Shown: positions 50,898 to 59,875 of the stretch, piece after piece
Layout of the letters: each line of letters starts with the position of its first letter
Numbering within the stretch: position 1 is the stretch's first letter
Source: an uncultured Armatimonadetes bacterium
Lineage (GTDB): Bacteria > Armatimonadota > UBA5829 > DTJY01
Direction: 5' to 3'
Assembly: GCA_963717145.1 (NCBI GenBank)
Contig: OY970325.1
Coordinates: 3,010,448-3,074,447 of the forward strand
Length of the DNA stretch: 64,000 nucleotides
Program-made: the position numbers and the translations under genes
Notes under the pieces: generated by a model
What the model saw: the letters and a program-made list of their open reading frames with translations, nothing else
Database searches by the model: none
What the model was told of the DNA's origin: nothing

Positions 50898-51376
50898 CCT
50901 GTGGGTGTCTTCCCGCTGCCGCCGAGGTCTTGACCGTTCTTGCTGCCTGAGCCGGTGTTGAGCGCGCCGCCGGGATCGCCCGCGGGCTTGACGGGAGCGA
51001 CGGGCGGTCGATGGAATATGTTCGTGATGCCCGAGAACAGGCTGGGCTTCGCTGGAGGAGTCGGGGCCTTTGCGGGCTGCGGCTTCGACGGCCGGTTGAC
51101 TATCTTCGGCCTCGGCTTCGGCACAGGGGCAGTCTGAAGTCTCTCCGGCGCAGGAAGGGAGACGCGATCGGGCTCGACCGGGTCAGGCTCGGCCGGCTTC
51201 ACTGCCTCCGGTACGGCTTTCGGCTCGTCAGGAAGGTCGACGACCTTGACCTGCACGAGCTTGAGGTCCTCCGGCACGATCGAACGCGCCGCATAGCTCG
51301 CCCCGACGCACACCAGGACGACCAGATGCAGCCCGATGGAGACCGCCAATGTATACTTGAGAAGCTTATCGCCCAT
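50678..51376 (-). CDS. tonB: TonB N-terminal part (membrane anchor plus Pro/Lys-rich spacer); frame is lost at about 50791
   Basis: MGDKLLKYTLAVSIGLHLVVLVCVG anchor and a PEPKAVPEAVKPAEPDP spacer. After ...GPGKDP the ORF reads nonsense (LHHHLHRHHH), while the other frame gives poly-Pro. Confidence 0.75.
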   Translation of the reverse strand: MGDKLLKYTLAVSIGLHLVVLVCVGASYAARSIVPEDLKLVQVKVVDLPDEPKAVPEAVKPAEPDPVEPDRVSLPAPERLQTAPVPKPRPKIVNRPSKPQPAKAPTPPAKPSLFSGITNIFHRPPVAPVKPAGDPGGALNTGSGSKNGQDLGGSGKTPTGWVPGSPGGKGSGSGSGEGVGKPEPVKNAAPGPGKDPLHHHLHRHHHLRRRTSMCESAPTRACFRAPIAITRS

Positions 51377-51379
51377 GCG

Positions 51380-51793
51380 CTAACTCTTCTTTGCTTTCGG
51401 CTCCGTGGCGATGGTCAGAAGCTCCGCGCCGGCCCGCTTGGCCTCGTCCATGACTTCGATTCCCCTGCCCCAGTTGTTCTGCTTGTCGCAGTTGATCACG
51501 ACCACAGTCTTCGGGTTGTCCTGCAGCCTCGCCCTGAGCATGGGATAGATCTGTTCGAAATCGACGCGGCGCTTATCGACGTAGTATGCGCCGGTCTCGG
51601 TGACCGTCACGACCGTCTTCACCATCGAGCGGTCTGTCGCCATCCCCGACTTGGGGAGGTTGACCGGCATGCCCTTCATGGTCGTCATCGCGAGCGACGC
51701 GATCATGAAGAACACGAGGAGGAAGAAGACGGTGTCGATCATCGGGATGATCTCGATGCGCGCCTTCTTAGGCTCCGATCGCTTTAGCCTCAT
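51380..51793 (-). CDS. exbD: biopolymer transport protein ExbD/TolR
   Basis: 137 aa. IEIIPMIDTVFFLLVFFM anchor and a typical periplasmic domain. Confidence 0.85.
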   Translation of the reverse strand: MRLKRSEPKKARIEIIPMIDTVFFLLVFFMIASLAMTTMKGMPVNLPKSGMATDRSMVKTVVTVTETGAYYVDKRRVDFEQIYPMLRARLQDNPKTVVVINCDKQNNWGRGIEVMDEAKRAGAELLTIATEPKAKKS

Positions 51794-52436
51794 TGCGCTC
51801 CTCCGTGCCGGATGTAAGAATGTTGACGAGTCTGGTGCCGTGAATCTCCATGTCGCTGATGATGCCCTTGGCCTTCTCGGTGAGATAGTTGTAGGCGATC
51901 AGCGTGACGATGGCGATGGCAAGACCGGTGGCAGTGGCGATCAGGGCCTCGGCGACGCCGCCGGTGATGGCGGTCGGCGTCCCCATCCCGGACTTGGTCG
52001 AGATGACGTTGAACGACCGGATCATGCCGGTGACAGTCCCGAGCAGACCGAGCAGCGGCGCGATCGTGATGATCGTATCGAGGATATGCAGGCGCTTGAA
52101 GACCTCGGGGGTCATCTTGATCGCATGCTCCTCCATGCAGTGCTCGGCAGACGTTGCATCTCCCTGGGCGCACGTGAGTCCGCTCGCGAGCATGGCTCCC
52201 GTGGGGGTGCCGGCTCGCTCGCAGGCCTGAATGGCTTCACGATACTTCCCGAGCGCGAGATGGTTCTCGATCCGGGCCATCAAACCGACCGAGTCGCCGG
52301 ACGCCTCCCTGAGGCGCATGAAGCGCTCGATGATGACGGCGATGGCTACGATCGAGCATGCCATGAGCGGCACCATGACGGGTCCGCCCTTGACCAGAAA
52401 ACCGAAGGCGTTGCCTAACCAGAGACATATGGTCAT
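51768..52436 (-). CDS. exbB: MotA/TolQ/ExbB proton channel protein
   Basis: 222 aa. Three TM helices; conserved PLLGLLGTVTGMI and GGVAEALIATATGL. Confidence 0.85.
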   Translation of the reverse strand: MTICLWLGNAFGFLVKGGPVMVPLMACSIVAIAVIIERFMRLREASGDSVGLMARIENHLALGKYREAIQACERAGTPTGAMLASGLTCAQGDATSAEHCMEEHAIKMTPEVFKRLHILDTIITIAPLLGLLGTVTGMIRSFNVISTKSGMGTPTAITGGVAEALIATATGLAIAIVTLIAYNYLTEKAKGIISDMEIHGTRLVNILTSGTEERNEAKAIGA

Positions 52437-52531
52437 TCCCTCCCCAGATCAAGGCATAGCGAAGCTGTTCCCGAGGCGCAGTTCGGCCCGGGGCTTAGCT
52501 CAATTATCGGCAGAACGTGCTGGGATTTGCA

Positions 52532-52578
52532 GGGGGATGGGGGATGGTTGATGGCTGATGGTTGATGGTTAATGGGGA
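52532..52578. repeat. repeat family E half-element
   Basis: GGGGGATGGGGGATGGTTGATGGCTGATGGTTGATGGTTAATGGGGA. Confidence 0.75.
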
Positions 52579-52636
52579 GACGGGAGGCCTGCCTTGGCGG
52601 GAACCACCGCTGGCGGAATGCGAGCGGCGGACGATG

Positions 52637-53980
52637 CTAGTGCAGCGCCTTGAGACGGTCCCTGGCGATATCGACCGCCATACTATTGGGAAACTCGATG
52701 GTTATCCTGGTGTACAACACTTTGGCCTCGTCCTCGTAACCTGCAAGATAGTAGTCCGTGGCCACGAAGTAGATGTTTTCCGCATCATCCGGGGCCATCT
52801 GAAGCCGAACTGTGCTCACTTCGAAGGCACTCTTGTTGTCGCCCAACTCGATATACAGGCTGGCCGCGTCACCTAGCAGCCTGAGCCTATCCTGCTTCCG
52901 ATGGTAGAACTTCGGATGCGTAATCAGATACTCATATGCCCTTGTGCCTGCACGATACGTGTCTCTCGCCTCTGCGGGATGACCTGTCTTCTCGTAGATC
53001 TCGCCTAGCTGCCGGTAGCAGTCCAGGACCTTATACCTGTCGCCGTAGTCCCGGAAGCATGACTTGAGCATCGAGATCGCGGACTCGGTGTCTCCGTTCG
53101 ACCAAAGGACCTCGGCCTGATCACTACACTCCGACGGCGCGCGTACATACGTTAACATGCCGGCCTGCCAGATGCCTGTCGTCAGCAGTAAGAGGGCTGT
53201 TATTATACTTAGCGGCTGTGCAGTCAGACGCTCCTTGATGCTCTTCCGAGCCCATTCGGCCTGAACATCTCGACCATCCAGGTAACCGGTGATCCACCGG
53301 TAGTACCATGGGATGATGCTGGCAAGCCCGATAAACAATAATACTCTCAGCGGCCAGACCGCCCAGCCCGGCATGAACAGAGACTGGGTGAACCCAAACG
53401 CAAGGAATACTGACACTGCCAGATGCGCTAGCATAAGCAGGCTGACAAAGCTCCATCGGTACAGGGGATTCTTGGCGATGGTGTGCCTCAGACTGGTTTC
53501 GTCCCTCTCGTACTCCGGCAAGCCTCGGGTTGTTGTACGCCTGATGACCAGAGCGCCGATTATGCCAAGGCCGCCTCCGACAATGACTAGAAGAGCGACC
53601 TCCAAAAACCAGCGCAGCCAGTCAGGGCCGACCCCGGCCAGACCGTGCCCGAAGGATAACAACACAAATGCCAGTCCGCCAACGATGAGGCCCAGAAGAC
53701 CACCAGGGAGACAGCCCATCCGCCAAGACATGGCAAATGCGCCACGTATCCTTGAACGAACCTCACCATTGTAATCGTTCCAGTACTCAGCCGGCGGATC
53801 GTCCGAGACTGACTCGCCGAGAATGCGCCCGAGTGATCGCTCCCGCTCTATCTCCGTACGGCAATCGGGGCAGCCCGAGATGTGCTCCTCCAACTGGCGG
53901 CGGGTGTCATCGTCGAGTTCGCCGCTGCAGTATTGCGGTATCAGGTCTCTTGCTTTCGAACAGTCCATTTCGGGTTCCAA
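52637..53980 (-). CDS. anti-sigma factor (zf-HC2), polytopic membrane protein with a C-terminal TPR-like domain
   Basis: N-terminal CSKARDLIPQYCSGELDDDTRRQLEEHISGCPDC, several TM helices, and a TPR-like C-terminus. It lies immediately downstream of the ECF sigma gene. Confidence 0.8.
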   Translation of the reverse strand: MEPEMDCSKARDLIPQYCSGELDDDTRRQLEEHISGCPDCRTEIERERSLGRILGESVSDDPPAEYWNDYNGEVRSRIRGAFAMSWRMGCLPGGLLGLIVGGLAFVLLSFGHGLAGVGPDWLRWFLEVALLVIVGGGLGIIGALVIRRTTTRGLPEYERDETSLRHTIAKNPLYRWSFVSLLMLAHLAVSVFLAFGFTQSLFMPGWAVWPLRVLLFIGLASIIPWYYRWITGYLDGRDVQAEWARKSIKERLTAQPLSIITALLLLTTGIWQAGMLTYVRAPSECSDQAEVLWSNGDTESAISMLKSCFRDYGDRYKVLDCYRQLGEIYEKTGHPAEARDTYRAGTRAYEYLITHPKFYHRKQDRLRLLGDAASLYIELGDNKSAFEVSTVRLQMAPDDAENIYFVATDYYLAGYEDEAKVLYTRITIEFPNSMAVDIARDRLKALH

Positions 53981-53995
53981 TCAGCTATCGCCGCC

Positions 53996-54547
53996 CTATG
54001 AGATCAAATCAGCCAGTCGCCCTCGCATCTTGCATCTGGCGGCACTCAGTCGTGACCAGACAGTGCCGACCGGGCAACCGAGTGCGTCCGCGATCTCCGT
54101 CTGCTTCAGGCCTTCCATGTAGTAGAGCAGCACAACCGCGCGCTCGGCGGGATCGAGTTCCATGATGGCAGTCCGCACGCTGTCCCGCACCATGCTTCGC
54201 TCGGCATCGGCGGACGGTGATTCCGCGGACTCAATCTCCTGGTCGTCGAGGGATGCAGGCGCGACTCTCTCGGAGTACCGGATGCAAAGGTTCACCAGTA
54301 TCTTCCGGAGCCACGGGCCGAAGCTCTCGGGGTTCTTGAGTTGCCGGATGCGCTTGAACGCCTGAACGAACGCCTCCTGGGAGAGATCGTCCGCCGCATC
54401 GTGATTCTGGGTAATTGCCCTCGCAAGGCGGTAGATGCTCTTCCGGTAGCGCTCGACCAGGAGGTCGAATGCATCCATTGAGCCGCCCCGGGTTCGGCCC
54501 ACCAGTTCGCGGTCGTTCAGTTGTCGCTCGCAGCCCGCGTCCGACAA
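53996..54547 (-). CDS. ECF-family RNA polymerase sigma factor
   Basis: 183 aa. Region 2 (FDLLVERYRKSIYRLARAI...DLSQEAFVQAF) and region 4 (LYYMEGLKQTEIADALGCPVGTVWSRLSAAR). TTG start. Confidence 0.85.
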   Translation of the reverse strand: MSDAGCERQLNDRELVGRTRGGSMDAFDLLVERYRKSIYRLARAITQNHDAADDLSQEAFVQAFKRIRQLKNPESFGPWLRKILVNLCIRYSERVAPASLDDQEIESAESPSADAERSMVRDSVRTAIMELDPAERAVVLLYYMEGLKQTEIADALGCPVGTVWSRLSAARCKMRGRLADLIS

Positions 54548-54637
54548 GGGTCACCTCGGTATCAGTCGTGCCTCACAATGGTAGATGCGCATCATGCCGA
54601 AAACCTTCGCAGATTCCGTGGAGAGTGTAGAGGGGGC

Positions 54638-54676
54638 GTTGTATGGGGAGGGACTCGGAATCCCTCCCCATACAAC
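54638..54676 (-). terminator. 16-bp hairpin after the beta-propeller gene (terminator-like, no U tract)
   Basis: GTTGTATGGGGAGGGA-ctcggaa-TCCCTCCCCATACAAC, 27 nt downstream of the stop at 54703. Confidence 0.35.
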
Positions 54677-54702
54677 CGAATGTCGGGTCAGATATAAGTT
54701 GT

Positions 54703-55797
54703 TCAGTGTGACGACGAGAGCGGTTTGGCGATGGGCTTCTTGTCACCCCGGTCGAGTTCGGCGCAGTAAACTACGTTGCTCTTGACCCAAATGACCCGGT
54801 TGCCGCTGACGGAAGGCCCCTGATCGGAGATGTCCTTGCTGATCTTGAACTCCTGGGCTCCGGGAGTGGTCAACATGCCATAGACGTAACAGACCTTCCC
54901 CTGGGGCTTCAGGTAGACGAGCAGACCGTCATCGATGTCGAGGTAGCTGGTACCCTCCGCGATCCGGCCACGGTACTGCTCTGTGGCGATATCATAGCTG
55001 TAGATGCCACCGGGTTCGCCTGCGCCATACCATACGACGGTCTTACCATCAGTAGCGGAGTTGGAACACTCCATGCCGGTATCCTCGCCTATGGGAGCCA
55101 GACGTTGCCTCGATATCTGGTACACATGGATGCGTCCGCGGTCACATACCGTTGTCCACGTTACATAGTCGCCGCCGATCGAGATCCCGGCATTCATGTT
55201 GCCTTTCGAGGGGTTGCAGATCCGCTGGGAGCGCCCCGTGCGCATGTCGGCAAGATAGACATGTCCGCCATTTACGTAAGCCACCCAGTGGTCCTGAATA
55301 ACCGGGAAGGCCGTGGTGAAGCTTGCCAAAGGCGGGGAGTAGTAGACTCCCGTGGTCAGATCGCACACCAACAGGTTCGACGGCATCTGCTGGTTCGGCT
55401 CGCCATTCAGCGTCCGAAGTGTCTGCTGCGCGCTGGTCTTGCCGGTCCAGGTGACGTAGTTGCCGTTTACGTCGGGCTGGTATGATCCTTCGGGCCACAA
55501 CGTGTACACCTTCTTGGTGACCACGTTGCAGATGACGACCTGCGCCGTGGCATTCGGGTTCTTCTGGTCGGTGTTGTAGATGGCCACCACCCAGTCGCCG
55601 GAGATCCTGGGCCGGAGGATGCGGCCTTCGGGAAACGGGAGTTTGTACTCCTTGAGGACCGTGGCGGTAAGCGGATCGGCTTTGTGAACCGCCGGTTGAG
55701 TAGCACGGACCTCCGAATCGGCGGCTGACCACGCGGGGGACACTAGTACTACTAGTGCCGAGATGGTTAATGCGATGACTACGAGCCTTGCTTTCAT
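54703..55797 (-). CDS. secreted beta-propeller-like repeat protein
   Basis: From ATG 55797 (GGAGGGG RBS): signal MKARLVVIALTISALVVLVSPAWSA. Seven or so units recur with G[DN].V.W (GDWVVAIY, GNYVTWTG, DHWVAYVN, GDYVTWTT, GKTVVWYG, GNRVIWVK). Confidence 0.75.
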   Translation of the reverse strand: MKARLVVIALTISALVVLVSPAWSAADSEVRATQPAVHKADPLTATVLKEYKLPFPEGRILRPRISGDWVVAIYNTDQKNPNATAQVVICNVVTKKVYTLWPEGSYQPDVNGNYVTWTGKTSAQQTLRTLNGEPNQQMPSNLLVCDLTTGVYYSPPLASFTTAFPVIQDHWVAYVNGGHVYLADMRTGRSQRICNPSKGNMNAGISIGGDYVTWTTVCDRGRIHVYQISRQRLAPIGEDTGMECSNSATDGKTVVWYGAGEPGGIYSYDIATEQYRGRIAEGTSYLDIDDGLLVYLKPQGKVCYVYGMLTTPGAQEFKISKDISDQGPSVSGNRVIWVKSNVVYCAELDRGDKKPIAKPLSSSH

Positions 55798-55972
55798 GGT
55801 GACTTCCCCTCCATGCCTCGTTAGATATGGACTGCCGTCAGCCGGGATTACCCACGTCAAGATCAGGGATTCGTATCGCTTGCTGACCACTCAACTTGTC
55901 TTTCCAAGTATACCATATTTCCGTGGCAGCAACACGAATCATCCGCCATCAGATGTACGATCTGCGGAAAAC

Positions 55973-55981
55973 TGGTATAAT
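55973..55981 (+). promoter_or_regulatory. extended -10 element (TGGTATAAT) upstream of mscS
   Basis: TGgTATAAT lies 42 nt upstream of ATG 56023. The -35 element is poor (ATGTAC). Confidence 0.4.
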
Positions 55982-56022
55982 CCCGCCGGTGCTCCCTGCG
56001 GGCCGGAAGGTGAGGATACATC

Positions 56023-56838
56023 ATGGATCTCTTCTCGGGTGCTTTCTGGAGTGGTCTCCTGACTGTGATCTTGCTGAGGATCTGGGACATCGCGAAGATC
56101 CTGATCTTCTTCGTGGTCGTGCGATTCATCGCGTATCGGCTGATCAACCGCGTGCTCAACGCTTTCTGCAGCCGGGAGAGCGCCGGGCCGACCCCGATCA
56201 ACACCGGCCGCGTCCGAACACTCGGCAGCCTCGTCAAGAGCACGGTATCCTACACGCTGATCTTCATCTCGGGCGTGATGCTGCTGCGGGTCTTCAACAT
56301 CGATATCGCACCGGTGCTGACCGCCGCGGGAGTCGTCGGGCTGGCGGTCGGATTCGGCGCGCAGAAACTCGTGCGTGATATCATCGCCGGGTTCTTCATC
56401 GTGCTGGAGAACCAGTACTCGGTCGGGGACTACATCACCATCGGCGCGGTCACGGGAACGGTCGCCGAGTTGGGGATGCGGATCACTCAGCTCAGGGACG
56501 ACGTGGGCAAGCTGGTGATCATCGCGAACGGCGACATCATACAGGTGACGAACCACTCCCGCGGCCCGATCCAGGCGATCCTGGAGATCAGCATCGCGGC
56601 GGACTCCGATCTCGACAAAGCCCGCTCGATCATCGACGATATCGGCAGGGGCTTGGAATCGAGCGTCAAGGGAGTCGTGACGGCTCCGAAGGCGGACGGG
56701 ATCACTGCGGCGGATGCGGCCAAGCTGACCATCCGCGTGTCCGGCGAGGTCAAGCCGGGCAGATCGGACGCGGTTCAGTCCTCCCTCAGGGAGGCCATCC
56801 GCGCACGGTTCGCGCAGGAAGGGATCAAGCTGGTGTAA
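56023..56838 (+). CDS. mscS: mechanosensitive ion channel, MscS family
   Basis: 271 aa. Three TM helices, then GAQKLVRDIIAGFFIVLENQYSVGDYITIG..GTV. Confidence 0.85.
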   Translation: MDLFSGAFWSGLLTVILLRIWDIAKILIFFVVVRFIAYRLINRVLNAFCSRESAGPTPINTGRVRTLGSLVKSTVSYTLIFISGVMLLRVFNIDIAPVLTAAGVVGLAVGFGAQKLVRDIIAGFFIVLENQYSVGDYITIGAVTGTVAELGMRITQLRDDVGKLVIIANGDIIQVTNHSRGPIQAILEISIAADSDLDKARSIIDDIGRGLESSVKGVVTAPKADGITAADAAKLTIRVSGEVKPGRSDAVQSSLREAIRARFAQEGIKLV

Positions 56839-56922
56839 CCCCATGATGTTGGGTAGGGAACGTGCCGCCGTTGACATTCACCTCTAAAATCGCCTAGAAT
56901 GTCGCAAGGAGGTAAGCTACCG

Positions 56923-58185
56923 ATGCGATATTCCGCGCCGAGGGGAACCCAGGACATACTCCCCCGTGAGAGCCCCCGCTGGCAGTACGTCGAGGGCAAG
57001 TTCCGCGACATCTGCCGCTTGTACGGCTATCGTGAACTCCGCACGCCTACCTTCGAGGAGACGGAGCTTTTCACGCGCAGCATCGGCGAGCATACCGACA
57101 TCGTCAGCAAGGAGATGTACACGTTCCTCGACCGCGCCGAGAGGAGCATGACGCTCCGGCCCGAGGGGACGGCGCCCGTCGTCCGCGCGTATCTCCAACA
57201 CAAGCTTTACGGCGAAGCGCCGGTCAACAAAGTCTACTACGTCTCGAGCATCTTCCGCTACGAACGCCCTCAAGCGGGTCGATATCGCGAGCACCATCAG
57301 GTCGGCGCCGAAGCGATCGGTTCCGCCGATCCGGCGGTCGACGCCGAGGTCATCTCGCTCCTGATGCAATACTTGACCTCCCTGGGACTCCAGGGACTCG
57401 ATCTGAAGGTCAACTCAGTCGGATGCCCGGAATGCCGGCCATCATACCGCGAGGCGCTCAGGGAGTCAGTCGCGCCGTACCTGGACGAACTCTGCGAGAA
57501 TTGCCGGACACGCTATGACGCCAATCCGCTCAGGATGCTCGATTGCAAGGTCCCGATCTGCAAGGAGTTGACCGCCGCCGTCCCGAGCATCGTGGATCAC
57601 CTCTGTGACGACTGCTCCGAACACCTGAGGGCGGTCCTCGGCTACCTCGATCTTCTCGGCGTCAACTACACGGTCGATCCCAGGCTCGTGCGCGGGTTCG
57701 ACTACTACACGAAGACGGCATTCGAGGTCCTGAGCGCCCAACTCGGCTCACAGAACGCGGTCGGCGGCGGTGGTCGATATGACGGCCTCGTCGAAGAGAT
57801 GGGCGGGGATCCCACGCCAGGCGTGGGATTCGGATCCGGCATCGAGCGCGTTCTGTTGACCATGGAAGCACTGGGGATCGAGATCCCGGTGACGACGCAT
57901 CCGGATGTGTTTGTGGCAACCCTTGGCGACAAGCCTCGGGAGGCCGGCGTCAAGCTGCTGTCGGACCTGCGCAAGGCCGGAATCGCCGCCGAAACCGACT
58001 ATTCGGGTAAGAGCCTGAAGGCTCAGATGAAGGCCGCCGATCGCGAACAAGCGCGTTTCGTCGTGATCATCGGGGACGATGAATTGAGCCGCGGCCAGAT
58101 CAAGGTGCGGAATATGGCGACGAGGGAAGAGACCGATGTCCCGATCGATCAGGCGGTGGAGAAGATAACGAGCATGTTGGCGTGA
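56923..58185 (+). CDS. hisS: histidine--tRNA ligase
   Basis: MRYSAPRGTQDILP..., class II motifs (FRYERPQAGRYREHHQ, GGGRYD), and an anticodon-binding C-terminus. AAGGAGG lies 10 nt upstream; the alternative ATG is 56899. Confidence 0.9.
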   Translation: MRYSAPRGTQDILPRESPRWQYVEGKFRDICRLYGYRELRTPTFEETELFTRSIGEHTDIVSKEMYTFLDRAERSMTLRPEGTAPVVRAYLQHKLYGEAPVNKVYYVSSIFRYERPQAGRYREHHQVGAEAIGSADPAVDAEVISLLMQYLTSLGLQGLDLKVNSVGCPECRPSYREALRESVAPYLDELCENCRTRYDANPLRMLDCKVPICKELTAAVPSIVDHLCDDCSEHLRAVLGYLDLLGVNYTVDPRLVRGFDYYTKTAFEVLSAQLGSQNAVGGGGRYDGLVEEMGGDPTPGVGFGSGIERVLLTMEALGIEIPVTTHPDVFVATLGDKPREAGVKLLSDLRKAGIAAETDYSGKSLKAQMKAADREQARFVVIIGDDELSRGQIKVRNMATREETDVPIDQAVEKITSMLA

Positions 58186-58838
58186 TGGAACCGCCAAGAC
58201 GCCAAGGACGCCAAGCGCAAATGACTTCTCAGATGCTACTGATAATCGCACTGATGATGAGCATGACGGTGACGAGTCTCGCATCGAGTCTCACCGTCTA
58301 TCCCGGCCCGACCGGAGAGCCCGCATCCCAGGACTATGAGGTCCTAGTGAACGGAAAGCCCTGCTTCGTCTACACGTCGTTCCGCTACGATCCAGAATCC
58401 AAGAGCACCATCGTGGGCAGGCCGGTGTCGCCGGTAAGCTTCTGCTACTTCGACCATGCGGGTCCCGTAGAGGTCGAGGTGCGCTTCCTCGATGGCTTGA
58501 AAAAGGCCGGCATCGACGCGTCAAAGGTCGTCGTGCGTCCTCTGGCGCGTGAAATACGCCCCAAGGTCGAGGATGGGCGCATCCGCATCAAGATCGATCG
58601 GCCGGGACCGATTACCGTCGAGCCGGGCGGATCGCTCAGCCATCCCCTGCACATTTTCGCCAACCCGCCGGAGAAGGATGTCCCTGACCCGAAGGATCCC
58701 GAACGTCCTTTACTACGGCCCGGGGATCCACGAGGTGAGGGAGAAGGACCTCAAGTCTGGGCAGACGGTGTACATCGCAGGCGGCGCGGTCGTCTATCTG
58801 AAGCCGATCCCCGACGATCAGCGCACGGGCAAGCATGA
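58182..58838 (+). CDS. GH28-like pectin-lyase-fold protein, N-terminal part (signal peptide); frame is lost near 58698-58701
   Basis: Signal-like ...MTSQMLLIIALMMSMTVTSLASS. Sensible sequence runs up to ...HIFANPPEKDVPDPKDP, then continues in the next frame. Confidence 0.65.
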   Translation: MMEPPRRQGRQAQMTSQMLLIIALMMSMTVTSLASSLTVYPGPTGEPASQDYEVLVNGKPCFVYTSFRYDPESKSTIVGRPVSPVSFCYFDHAGPVEVEVRFLDGLKKAGIDASKVVVRPLAREIRPKVEDGRIRIKIDRPGPITVEPGGSLSHPLHIFANPPEKDVPDPKDPERPLLRPGDPRGEGEGPQVWADGVHRRRRGRLSEADPRRSAHGQA

Positions 58839-59754
58839 CGCCTACGGCCTGGACGTCTACTGGACTGGCCCCGGCCTGTTCACCAGCACGAACCAGAAGA
58901 ACATCACCCTGCGCGGCAGGGGCATCCTATGCGGGCGCAAGTCGCTGGAACACCGACAGCGCGGACCGCTCGCGAAGTTCGAGTTCGTCGAGAACCTGAC
59001 AGTCGAGGGCGTGATCATCCGGGAGTCGCCGGTCTGGTCGCTCAATATGGTGAACTGCCAACACGTGCGCATCTCGAACGTGAAGGTGATCGGTCACTTC
59101 GTGAACAACGACGGCATCGTCATCGGCGGGACATCCAACGCGTTGGTCGAGGACTGCTTCTCCCACAATGCGGATGATTCCCTCGAGATCAAGGTCTGGA
59201 TACCCCAGCACGATGTCACCTTCCGCAACTGCGTCGTCTGGAACGACATCGGAGGCAGCTTCGGCCTGTTTCACGAGTGCGGGGCCGAGCTGTCGAACGT
59301 CCTGTTCGAGAACTGCACGGTCCTGCACTCGACCGACGATTCATCGGTATGCCCCGTGGTCGGCTTGAAGGTCACGGGCTCGGGGAACGTGCACAACGTC
59401 CGGTTCGAGAACATCACGATCGAGCACGTGGCGTCGAAGAAGCGGCCCGCCCTCAAGCTGATCAACAACTGGGACGACTGGCACATCGAATACCCTACGA
59501 AGCCCGGATCGCCGTATGAACTGCTCGAACCGACGAAGCACGATCCGCCTTACGCGCCGATCCGTGACGTGGTCTTCAAGAATATCCGCGTGCTGGAGTG
59601 CAAGAATACGGATGTCGTGCTGATGTCCGACGGTGCCGGCAGCCCAATTGAGGGTATCATCTTCGAGAACGTGGTCATTGGCGGGAAGCGTCTCGTCCCC
59701 GACGATCCGCGGATTGTGAAGAATGAGTGGGTCCGCAAAGTGACTGTGCGGTAG
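58549..59754 (+). CDS. GH28-like pectin-lyase-fold protein, C-terminal part (true coding from about 58699)
   Basis: NVLYYGPGIHEV..., FVNNDGIVIGG and HNADDSLEIK (GH28-type acidic motifs), with parallel beta-helix periodicity. Confidence 0.75.
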   Translation: MKYAPRSRMGASASRSIGRDRLPSSRADRSAIPCTFSPTRRRRMSLTRRIPNVLYYGPGIHEVREKDLKSGQTVYIAGGAVVYLKPIPDDQRTGKHDAYGLDVYWTGPGLFTSTNQKNITLRGRGILCGRKSLEHRQRGPLAKFEFVENLTVEGVIIRESPVWSLNMVNCQHVRISNVKVIGHFVNNDGIVIGGTSNALVEDCFSHNADDSLEIKVWIPQHDVTFRNCVVWNDIGGSFGLFHECGAELSNVLFENCTVLHSTDDSSVCPVVGLKVTGSGNVHNVRFENITIEHVASKKRPALKLINNWDDWHIEYPTKPGSPYELLEPTKHDPPYAPIRDVVFKNIRVLECKNTDVVLMSDGAGSPIEGIIFENVVIGGKRLVPDDPRIVKNEWVRKVTVR

Positions 59755-59759
59755 GCAGG

Positions 59760-59844
59760 GTGTTTCGGGATTTGAGTGCAACGGAAATCCCGAAACGCAT
59801 CTGTAGCCTTTCGGGATTTCCGTTGCACTCAAATCCCGAAACAC
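59760..59844. repeat. compound hairpin (36-bp arms, each with an internal hairpin)
   Basis: GTGTTTCGGGATTTGAGTGCAACGGAAATCCCGAAA-N13-TTTCGGGATTTCCGTTGCACTCAAATCCCGAAACAC. Confidence 0.9.
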
Positions 59845-59875
59845 CGAACACCGATTACGAGTAGGAGTGGCGAAT

